Both the position numbers and the translations under genes were made by a program. DNA of 64,000 nucleotides. It comes from Ascidiella aspersa (taxonomy: Eukaryota). Shown piece after piece: positions 1 to 12,200 of the stretch. Under the pieces are notes generated by a model. The model was not told the DNA's origin. It searched no databases and saw only the letters and a program-made list of their open reading frames with translations. Location: NCBI GenBank assembly GCA_963924565.1, contig OZ004615.1:7936001-8000000 (forward strand), read 5' to 3'. Each line of letters starts with the position of its first letter. Position 1 is the first letter of the stretch.

Positions 1-103
1 ATTAACAAAAATCGCAAAACTTGAGTCAAAATACTTATTCACAAATAGGCAAGTTCCAAAATCAAGATGTTTAAATTAGACGCAAAGCAAAATATAGAAG
101 TAC

Positions 104-277
104 CGTCTTCGTAGGACGTTTCTGAGGTGAGAATGCTCAACGACCTTCCGTCACGTGTCCACGTTACGCGTGGCTGCGGATGACCTGTGACCTTGCACTC
201 GAACGACGCCTCGGAGCCTTCCGCCACTTCGACTGTGGCTGGCAGCAGAGAGTCGAAAGAGGGCGCGACGCGCTTGG
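104..277 (-). CDS. Exon 18: N-part of Ig8 (KRVAPSFDSLLPATV...FECKVTGHPQPRVTWTRDG…SYED); gene continues beyond the window
   Basis: Acceptor tttgtttgttcag|, phase-1 donor ACG|GTACTT. Confidence 0.9.
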
Positions 278-3200
278 CTGAACAAACAAAGGTCAAAGGT
301 AACTTATAGCCGCCTTTGTGTTGTGACTGACAGGGTTCGTGTGGCTAATTGTTTGCAAAAGAAACAATGTAATGCAGAATAAAGATTTTTAAATGTTTAT
401 ATTTTAGGTCGTCTTATAATTACAGGGTTAAATTTGGTTTGGAAATGTCACTTTATTTATATTTTTATTTATGTGTTTAAACAGAAAACCTTATGGTGTA
501 CATATATAGGTCAAACCCAAATAGACACTGGTGAAATAATGATAATTTCCTAAAATCAAATTTATAGATTGCATTTTATTTACAAGATGATTTCCAAAAG
601 CTTTAAGAAAATACCACTCTTCGATTCTGATATACTAACTTTAAAATGGTACACCATTTAATAGGCCTACTTGACACTATTGAAGCCTTCATCGCTACGT
701 TTAACAAACAAAAAAACATTGCAAAACTTACATCTGACATATATCCTAGCCTCGTGTGAAGCTTTGCCAGCCGCGTTGTGCAACGTGCACTTGATGTGGC
801 CGCTGTGAGATGACGTCACGGGTGATATGGTGCACTTGGCCACTCCGCCCTGCCGGAAAAACACGCAGTTCAAGCAATTGAAATATATAATAAAAATACA
901 TGCGTTTTAAAACCCCGTTCAACTAGACACCATGAGCTAAGAGTATAGTCAAAGTATAGCTGAATACAAATAAAGCTGTATGCTACAGGTTGGTTGTTTT
1001 TTATTTTAAAGACGTGGCGGCTCGAAACTTAAATTCTCGACGTTTTAATGCCTGGCGACAGAATGGCAATATTCATATATTAAACATATACTATGAGATA
1101 ACACGTTACTACACGCCCACACACCTAAAAACAAAAATGTATGATGACAAAAAATCAAAACTAATCCCGAAAATGCAAAGAACTACGTATTATTTTATCA
1201 AATATCAAAAAAGTTACCGCGGTGAATCACATTAGTTTACAAAAAAAAATTTTCGGGATAACTAATGTAATCACACAATGAATAATACGACCTGTTAAAA
1301 ATAGGCGAAACTTACTCTAAAACTTGTGCAGTATTGAACGAATAGGACAGTATTGGATTGGGTGATTAAGCAATGCCGTTTGAGTTTTTACGCAATTGGA
1401 GAAATGAATTGTGAATTGTCAGTTCTACACGAGACCGTACAGTCTCTCCAACATCGGGGTAAACACTTCACATATTACTCGCCACGAACCTCGAACGTGA
1501 TTGTTGCGTTCTCGACCGGCGCGTCGTTGGCGGTCCACTTCACTTCCGGTTCCGGGTTCCCACAGACCACGCACTGCAGCGCGAGCGTGTCGCCCTCTTG
1601 CGAGCGGATGTACTCGTCAAAGGGCGACTCGAACTTGGGCGGCGCAGACGGAGCCGACTTTTTTTCCGGCTTTTTCTCAGCTAAAAGTTTAATGATCATT
1701 CTTAAGTTGGCAAGACGTATAAAATCGAACAGTTATTCCGTTTGGTTATTTTCGACTTTTTTGGATTACCTTTAACCGTTAATTTTGTTATTGTTTGTCG
1801 ATTTTTATAGACAGTTTTATTACAAACGATAAAAACACATTAATTTTTGTAAAAAAAATATATAATGATATCGACAAGAGTAATTATTCTCCTCGCGTAT
1901 TCCTATAAACTAATCGTTTCATAAATTTAATCTATTTGGGCATTCATTTAATACGCCACTGGTGAAAAATGTGATTGATTAAACTACTTCTGTATCTATT
2001 CGACCGATTGCAAACTCGGCTTAAAACAATTCCAAACAAAGCGCGAAAGAATTTAATCCAAAGCCATAGTAATAACAACAACGCAAATTGACGAAGATTA
2101 TCCTGCGCCCTAAAACCCACCTTGAACGGAAACGTGGCAGGAGGTCTTGGCTTGGCCCTCGCTGTTGATCGCTACGCACGTGTACGTTCCCGTGTCCTCG
2201 TCGGTCGCTTGCTCCAAGGTCAAAGCGGCGACCCCGTCGTGGTAGCTGATTTCTATGCCGTCTTCCGGTTCCAAACTCTGCAGCAACGAATATCAAAATG
2301 AGAAGTGTAAATAAGTCGACCGAAATATAAGAAACATATCAGATCAAAAATACAAGGGCATAATTATATGTCTTCATGATTGTATGTTTTTCTCAAACAA
2401 TTTTTCAAACAGTTTAATACGTTTCAAAAACAAACAAATCAGCTGCAACGTCGATAGCTTCGGTTTTAAACCGTGTATGTTATCCTCTGTAATTTAACGC
2501 CGATTTGTTTTTGTTACAGGATACTGGGGATAGACCGATATATCGGTTTCCCATATATTTTGCTTCTACCGATATATCGATGTCAGTATTGCTAAATTTG
2601 AGCCGATATTATAGTACGAAAATATGATACAGTTTTTCCTGAAATCCTGCAAAACACCCCAAAAAAGGATTCTAGCATCACACCAAATTATATGCAAAAT
2701 AAGAGTTTATTAAATACAGGTATAAATGAAATGTTATTTGGATTTTAATTTCAATGATTAAAAATCTGACTTTATCACAATATGTATAATATGTATATAA
2801 AAAGTTGGTATCGGGTACCGGTATCATATCGACCAACGCAAACAGGTAAACGGAGCGGACAAATGTACACCAATTGTCTGATTCTCGTACCTCGTTGTCA
2901 TACATCCACCTGACCGTTGGCTCGGGAATTCCCGTCACCATGCAACGCAAGCACACGTCATTGTTCTCTACGGCTTTGACGTCACTAAGCGGCGCGGTGA
3001 ACTGCGGCGTGATGTTTGTGTTGTTCTCTATGACGAAACAAGAAAATGAGTCAAACTAAAAAAACATGATTGCTGCAGTTTTAAGTAAAACGTTGCACAC
3101 AAACCAAACCCATATGTGACGCCCATATTATGCGGTCAAGTGTTCAAATTGTTTTTTTTATCAAACAAGTTGCATTAACAGTGGACAGAAATTGCTCTTC

Positions 3201-6200
3201 TGGTGTAAACGGAAGTATAAACCGACGTTTCGGTAGCAGATACAAGACCTTAAAAGGGTTAATAATTTAGCTGGTAACTGCTGCCGAAACGTCGGTTTGA
3301 ACTTCGTTTACACCAGAAGAGCGGTTTCATCTATATTTATGTTGCCTGGTGGAGCTATTTTTAAGTTGCATTAACATTCAAGTGAATTATCTCATCAAAT
3401 TTTCGGCCAATGAATTATTTTATCAGCAAGTTGCACTGCCATTATTTTGGAGGAACTAGACAAAGAACAAACTTTTTAAAACTAGTTAGAACTTCATATG
3501 GCCACGTTTTGATATTCATGGTTATATAATACTGCCAAAATACTTTTCGAATATTGCTTGAAGTTAACTTCAAACAGATGAGAAACGAAGCAAATTTTTT
3601 TTACTCGACTTACGTTTGACTCGCACTCGACAGGCAACTGAGTCTTCTCCGCCGGGATTCATGGCACTGCACATGTACTGGCCGCTACAAGCGGTCGTCA
3701 CCTTCTGCATTACCATTCTGGGAAAAAAATATTGATATCAGTGATAACATCAACGTTATAAAAACCATACATCGTAAATGGAATTGCAGTAATCTTAAAA
3801 CAAAGGCTTTAAGCGCGTATAGAGAAGAACGATATTTTATGTATCGTAATAAAAAAGAGATTTATCTTAGTTTAAAAAAGAGAGCGTATTGCGAAAAACT
3901 CAACCGATATAACTAAATTCACAATCCCCTTGACTTATTGTTAAGTAATGCTCTCTAAATGATGAAAAAAATCAGAATGATAATAATTGCGTTCCACTTT
4001 TATACGTGAGGTTTGGATAGATTTCAGTCACATTACCTGATAATAATACAACTAGGTATCGAAAACGCCTTTTTTAAGATGCCAGCGATTCACTCATTTA
4101 CCTTTTAGGCGTTGAGATTCGTGATCTAACTCTTAATTTTATGAAAACCTACTTTGCTAGGTTTTTATTGTAGCTGCAATCGGCCTCGGAAATCTCCTCC
4201 CCATCCAGAGACCAGAGTATCTCCGGCGTGGGACTCCCCTCAATTTCGGCCTCGAGGGTCAGGGTGTCCCCCTCGGAAACTCTGACGTCAGCAAGCGATT
4301 TTGTGAAGCGAGGGCGGGTGACAACTGGTCTCGCTACAAATGAAAACCGATAGGTTAAGATATTAGAACAATACTATACTCCAAGAAATTAATATATTTA
4401 AATTGCGTGTTCTTTTTTGCCAAAATCGCAATTTTTGAACCCTAGCCCTAATTACCAAATAAAACATGATTACCAAAAGATAGTATGCGCAAGAAAAGAT
4501 AAATTAGAGGTTACAGTTTGAACCATACACATATGCAAATGACAATTGAAACAAATCACAGAAAATAGCCATTAATCATCCGAATTAAATTGCCATTATA
4601 TTAATTTTATGTGCAGGAAAGGGCAATGAAAGACAGGCTCAGCGCAAAATTACCGCGGGACAGATTTGTAATTGGTCGGAACCTTATGACTCATTTCTTA
4701 TAAAAAATGATTTTAAGAACGTTGTGGGTTATTGCATAAAAAAGCACAAATCTATCCCCAGTTCAGCAACGATTCAAAATCGCCCGACATGGAATCCAGG
4801 CTTCGACATCGTCAGTCAAAACGGCGTCCCAAAACAAACTAATCACTTGGCGGCAAATTTGTGCGCCATTAGTACAAACAATCAGGGCGCCTTAATCGAA
4901 TTAACCTTTCGGGTTCGCGAACGCCAGAGTGCGGCCGTATCGACTTTCAAAAAGCCAGAAAGGCCGGGCACCGCGGTCTGCCGATGGCTAATCCTGGAAT
5001 TAGGCGCCGCAGACGTAAACAAACATGGACCGAAAATGTGCAAAGGCCGGAAAGTGGATTAGCACTTTGGGATTGATCATTGTGTAAGCAGCAAAAATAC
5101 CGTATTTTTGACGAGGAAAAACAAGCAGCGAAATTATGCAAATGTATTTGCTGTGCAAATCACCAGTTGTCTTTGGCCAGTTTGTATTTTGAAAGCGTGT
5201 GAACACAACGTTTATTGAACACACATAGAGAAAGGCTGGCTGTACAATACGCATATGTCTGAGTTTCTTAAATCAACTTTTTTAACTAACTTGGCGACCG
5301 GTATGCTTAATTGTATGAAAACAAGCCAAGCAAAAACGTAAATATCCTTCCAGCATCCCGACTATCAATAAAAAAATAGATCGAATAAAAAAATATACAT
5401 TACACGTCGAAACAGAAACGGTTGCTACGGTAACGCAGAACATAATGTATTAAATATTTACACACAGGTCCGCACCCAAAATGGTCCCCAACAAAAAACA
5501 TTAATAAACGAATTCTGATAATCTTGATTAAATTTCGGTAACCTACGAGATTTAACGAAATTATATAGAATTTTTGTAGAAATATTTAAAAATACAATAA
5601 ATCTTGGTTAAGTTCGGATCAGCCGATAGCAGAAGTTATTTTTCGGGTAGTAAGGGTTTAACATAAACAAGGAAAACAAATACTTATTCTCGTAAATTAA
5701 TGGCTGATCAAGCGCTCACCTTTGACGGTGACCCGGCTGCTGCACTGCACCACTCCTGCCTCGTTCACTGCCTTGCAAATGTACTCGCCGGCGTGGTTGG
5801 ACTGGAGGTCGCGCAGTCGAAGGCGGGCGATGCCATTCCTGAACGAGGTGAAGACCTCATCTTCCACAATTCCGACCTCGACGCCGTTGCGCATCCACTT
5901 CAACTCCGGCTCCGGCTCCCCGGTGACCTCACACTGCAGGAGAAGCTCTTCTCCTGGAGGAATTCGAAAAAGAACATAAAACGTTTAAATCGAAAAAAAA
6001 AAACAGAAACACCAAAAGAATTAGTAAATTGCTAGTAGGAAAAAAGTGCACATAGGATTGAATGAAAATTAAAAACGCACGATTGAGCAAGAAAGCACAA
6101 AACTAAAAATCGTTTTATTATAGGGAAGTTATACGTTTAATGGAAGCTGTTTGAATTACTTTAGTCCAATTTGGACGGTTGTGTGAAAGCTTTTTTTCAG

Positions 6201-9200
6201 CTAATGTAAATATCTTTGTTCAGCGCCTGGTGCTTTCCAGCTTTCACGCCTATCAACTAAGATTAAGATTAGAGCAGGTGACTTCCAGCTTTCACGCCTA
6301 TCAACTAAGATTAAGATTAGAGCAGGTGAGTTTTCTTTACAATAGTCTAAATAAAAAGCAATTTGCAGCAAATCTCGTTTAAAAACTTCGTTTGAAACAT
6401 GCCATTTACAATCGTCCCACGTTTTACCGATGAAGCAACAAGACAAAACCGACGCTTACCTTCCAGAACCTGAGTGCTCGAGAGTCTCCTGTTAAAAGTC
6501 GGCGCCACAAAGTGTCTCCTCATGGTCATCTGACTCCTGTAGGAGGACGCCGGAGGTTGCTCAGCGATGCCGTCCTCTTGCGTGGCCTCCTGCGCCGGTT
6601 CGTGACGCACCGACGCGTTCGAGCGTGACGATGACGTCGACATGCGCGAGTGTGACGATATAGTGGAGGAGATCGACGACGTCGGCGAGTCCTTGGAGTC
6701 GTCCGGCTTCAGATTGGCGGGAATCGCGAGGTCGTTGACCTTGCGCCGCGGTTCGTCCTGGTGGTTGTCCGAAGGTGACCCCGAGCTCACGTGATGTCGG
6801 CTGTTGTCCTCGCTGGTCACGTGATTCGACTTGAGGGCAGATCCGTTGCTGGTCGCCTTCGCTTTGCCGCCCGGTGTCGCGCCTGAGCGGCAAAGAAACG
6901 TACAGTTAGAATTTACAACGTTGGAATAAGGTTTCTTGATACTGTTGTGTTTACTGCCACAACGCAAACGATTGCACGAAGGTTGGTGTCATTGCGCATG
7001 CAATTGTGGTGCATTTAGTCTGTGGATTTTACTCCTGTTTTTATAAACTTGCACAAGCCAAAGCTTGAAGAAAGTATGTTTATCGTAATTCATTTTATTA
7101 AATATTAATACAATAAATAGCTAAAATGACCAGTTTTGAAAAAGTAAACCATCACACCTTAAAATAACCTGGTATTTTATCATTGTGAAAACATTTGATA
7201 TAAATTTAACATATAAGGTATAAATATTTCTTAAAAGTCATCTGGATATGGACCTACTCGATGTCCCGAACGCCTAGCAGGGCCGCGAAGTCCAGTTTCA
7301 AAATTTTTGCTTTATTACTGAACAACTACAATAAAACCAATGAACTTATCAAGTGTTTTAGGAAAACAGCAACTAAACACATAACTATTTTTCCAAAAAA
7401 TAGTTTCTCTAGTAATTACGGTTCTTTTTTCGGCACCCAAAAAATATATTTATAATCGCGTCTTGTTGTTTAGACGAATTTACCAATCTTATTAGTTTAT
7501 AGTTTAATTTTGTGTAACAAGTAATTGGTTTGCTCTAATTGACTAGGACTTGTTTATATTTACTTGACTGGGACTTGTTATATACACAAATTGACTTGAA
7601 TTGGATTTGACTTGTTTACAACACTTGGCACTCACCCGTGATGCTGACGTCGACCGAGGCGGTCTGCTTGCCGAGCGAGTTGCGAGCGGTGACGGTGTAC
7701 TTTCCCGCGTCCCCTCCGTCGCACTCTTCGATCTCGAGGAAGTAGTCGTTGCCGTCGTTCCGTGTCCGGATGTGACCGTCGGTTCGCTCCTCGTCCACCA
7801 GTTCTCCGTTCTTCTCCCACGTGACTGTTGGCTTTGGATGACCGAGCAGCGTGCACTTCAGACACATCCTGGAACAAGGGAAGAAAATTTAGGAATCCCG
7901 TATATGTGCAAGGTGTGGGTTTGTTGGGCGTTTCAGGCTAGGAATAATCTTATCTTCCCTGTGGATTGCTAGTTTCTCTACCTCTTTTATGTGCAATGTG
8001 CAATTGTGCATGTTGGTAACTTTGTAATTCGAGCTGTTATTTCGGCCAGGCGACTTTTGGTTTCAAGTAATGTAAGCACTAAACAGGTAACTATCGTATC
8101 GGGATTTAACTTATTGTTAGTTGTTTGGATATTTTATGCCAACACAACGAAGTCTTATTGGAAAAATTGGCTTCCTATATCTTCTACATGTTGAGGTATT
8201 TATATTTCCCGAAAATCTAGAAGCAGGATTGTAGTTATTGTCCCACTATAGCACTATAGAGATGAGTATCTCTATAAGGATCAAAAATGACCCCAATAGT
8301 TATTTAAACATGTAAGTACCTATTTGGACAAAAACACAACAACTTAGAATTAGAGTAACTATAGTGTCATTTAGGTGAAATTCATAATGATTTATCAGCA
8401 CTATATAGTTGTAACATTTTATAAACACCAATTGGTCAGGTAAAGAACAACAAACGGTATTCAAAAAGCAAAAAAAACTTACAGTTCGCCAACCCCTGCC
8501 GTCTGGGGCCTGGGGCGCAGAATAAACCCGGGGCCCCTTCTGCGCGGCGGCGGCCCTCCCCCGCCAGTCTTGACCCCGGATGCCCAGGGTGATGAGTTGC
8601 CGGTCACGAGGCGGGACGTGATGCCGGTTCGCCCCAGCTTGGGTGACATCGAGGGTGAGCTGAGGTTGGACGTGCTGGGGCTGCTCTTGCTCGAAGTGGT
8701 GTGAGTGTAAGTGGACGACGATAGTTGGGAGCTGGATGAACCACGCGAGGTTGACATGTCTGCGAAATGAGGAAATGGTGTTGAGACTTGGTTTACAAAT
8801 TATGGCTGAACTTGGGTGCACTATGCAGTAATGTACATGTAGTTTGATTGATAATGAATTGCAAAGCCAAGAAAGTCGAGTAGGTCGATATCATCTTGAT
8901 TAAGACGTTTCGATTCGAGCTTTTGTCATCTTCAGTTAACAAGCTTGTATCGAAACGTCTTAATCAAGATGATGTCGACCTATTTGGCTTTGCAATTCAT
9001 TATCCTGGCTGAATCTCCTTTTATAACTTGGTATCGGATCAGCACCGATACCACCTTAGTATCGGACGAGCAACGATACTACCACTTGACATCGGCTATT
9101 GATCCAATATAAGCGTACATCCCTAATCAGTAAATGGGCTAAAATTCTCTACAGTTAATGTTGTTTCAGAAGGTAAAGTCGCAAAGTAATGTAGAAGATC

Positions 9201-12200
9201 ATTTGTTGCGAAACAAACAATTTAATGACTCTCAGGGACGCTAAAATACTGAAGTGTCAAAACAAAACGTTGACTAGAGTGGAAAGATTTAATTGCTTGC
9301 TACTTGATTTAATTTGTTTCTATAAAAGCATTCCAACAACGGTAGTCGTTTGCTACTTATAATAGCATTCCATTAACAGTGAGTGGTCGATGTCTAAAGG
9401 ACAAAAGCACATGCACTTTGTAAGTTTCTTTTCTCGTTAGTCACATAAACGTTCGCAACAACTTTATTAAATCGCTGGAACGGAAAGTCGTCACAGTGTC
9501 AGTGAAATGAACTTGCTCGTGTACCAACGAAATTTCTCGCCCTGAAGGGTACGCGTACCCCAGTTTGAGAACCACCGTGTTGTGGTAATAAGATAAATGG
9601 GTAAATAAATTATGGACAAAGAAGAGCAAAGCAAAATACCTGATTTTAAAACAATAACTGTAATTGTAAATAAAGAATAAATGAAAATTACAAATACTTT
9701 TAATGGCAATTCTTATTAGATCAAACATGCATGGAAAAAATTATGCTTGGTTTCTGTTAGTTCGCAGTTTAAACGTTTCATTTCAAAATAAAATTGTAAA
9801 CATACAAATATAGATCTGTTAAAATAGGGCCATGATTCGTCTGTTCAGCTCAAAAGTGAGATTTTAAATGTTTACATAGACAGAGAGATTTTCGGATCAC
9901 GCTATAAGAGCTTGTTTGAAGCCGCGATAAAGATATCGAAGCCTTGAGAGCCACTTGGATCTGTTAGTTTGCCTATTGCCCAACGACTTAGACATTAGGC
10001 TCCATCGTCGGCAATACGATGCCTTGGTATTTCAACAACGGCTTTTACCGCATCCATTCGACTCGCCATCTGAGAAGCACGTCTTTCCGTCGAAACCCAT
10101 AATCGGCGATTTCTAGGCTTGGATATCATGCGGTGCCACGCGTAAGACGCCCATGCAATACATTATCACATTCAGACGGTAAACGGAGAATCTTCGACGC
10201 TCTTAATGCACACACGAAGGTTTCAAGTGTCTACATACACACCCGGTCTGAACACTCGATAATCTTGTAACCGGGCATAACTGGCATTCCATTCGAAGGC
10301 AAGTCTGTGACACTAGTGCGGCTGGATAAAGAAGCTCGAAAGGAATATACTACAAATAATACGCTAGCATTTGGCTTTACTTGAAAATTGCTGCTTGATA
10401 AAAAAAAAGTTGGTCGCCCGCCAAAACAAACTTAGGGCTTTAAAAAATGCGGTAATTTTAGGCTTTAGGTGGGTTGTTTTGCGTCGGCGTCTATAGTGGT
10501 TAAATCACATTTCAGCTAGAGGCAAGTATGGCGATGCAGCATTTTTTCGGAACATTGAACAAAGAAATTAGATGTTGTTCAAAGCCAACTGCGTCAGAGC
10601 ATACGTAAATCGACTGTTTTCGCGGACGATTACGAAATGTTAAGACAAGCTCACCTCGCTACCCACGAAGTAGAAACTGTTTCTACTTTGTGGCACATGG
10701 CGTGCAGTTTTGCGGCCTTTTTTCTTTGGAGGACATTTTTTTGAAAGCATTACAAAGTGTCGTGTTCTCTCTTCGCCTTCACGAGTCGGCGACAAAAATC
10801 CGGAATCAAAACACCGGCGTATCTCATTGCTTTTAACCGGCACGGCGGCCTGGGCTTTAGTCGGACGCAAAACACCGCTCGGCAGAGTGGTTTACGATTC
10901 GGTTCGACGGATGCTCTAACGACACCGGGGGTTGGGTGACTCACGGCCTTGAGGCGAGTTTACACGGCGATGGGTCGTTTGCTGAAATATCAAGTGACCG
11001 CTGCAATTTGGCGACGGGGGGGATTTCGTTTCACGCACAGTTGCGCCCCGCTAACGCATTGGCATGTCGCGATTCGTTACGGCCAAGCGATTTGGGAAAA
11101 GTTTTTTTGTGCGTATATCATGTTTCGCGTAGAAGCGAATGCCTTTGGTGGGCGTTGAAAGCGTTGAACAGAGGCATCAACGAATTTTATCAGAAGTAAA
11201 ATAATTCATTTTTGGTGTTTGGTTTCCGGGTGACATTTTTGTGGCGACCATAAAAAAATGAATCGGATAAATTTCCTAGTTTTATTAAATTTCCAAAATA
11301 GTGAACACGTGGGTGGCCTTAACGAATACCACAAGTTCACAACCGATATGATTTTCGGTCAAAGAGCGAAACCAAGGCTTGGGTTTAAATTCTATCAGAA
11401 ACCAATCTCGAGTTTAGAGAAAATTTATGGAATTTCTTAGATTGCGCAAATCAAATTTAGCATTTCTATCGAAACATTAGGAGTTCATAAAACGCGTTTT
11501 CCCAAAGAAGCTTAATCTATTATTATTTAAGCATCTGAAATAAAATAGCTAACTTAATGACGTTTTTGTCACAAAATTCAGTTTTTCTTAACATCATGGA
11601 CTTGTTCAAAGGTTACATTATTATTCATAAGTTACGTAAACTGATGATGACAAATATTTATAGCAACGTCTTTTTTCGAGATTATGTCGATTTAATCGAC
11701 CTATTTGACTTTGAAATTCATTTTCAAGCTAATTTGCAGATTCCTTTAGGTTACCTAAAGTATGTTATTCACAAATTTGACAAAAAATGGCCTTCTTCCT
11801 TAGTACCAACCTTGCAGATGCAGCTGCGCTGAGCAGGAATCGGATCCGACGTGATTGGAGGCCGTAATGGAGTAAAGTCCGCCATCGGCCGGTTCGGTTC
11901 GCGATATGACAAGGCTGTGGGTGCCGTACACCTCCATTATGCGCACTCTACTAGTGGCACTCACCACCTTACCGTCCTGCAATAGAACAAAAACACAGGG
12001 CGTTAGGGCGATTGACTGGTTACTACATTTCAATTGCATTTGATTTGGACAAAAGGAAGGACTCGCCTCTTACAGAATGGGAGAAGTTATCGCACAAATG
12101 AAATTCATATTTTTACCCAACTATTTTAGGATGTAAACTCGGACCGACGTTTGGCAACACACTGGCTGACCTCAGCATACAGTAAATTTTAAACAATTTA

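Noticed and set aside
6235-6331. Plus-strand exon-like AG…GTGAGT signals in the 48-bp repeat; also considered as a CRISPR-like repeat
   Set aside because: No partner exons on the plus strand; only two adjacent copies with no spacers, in a eukaryotic context.
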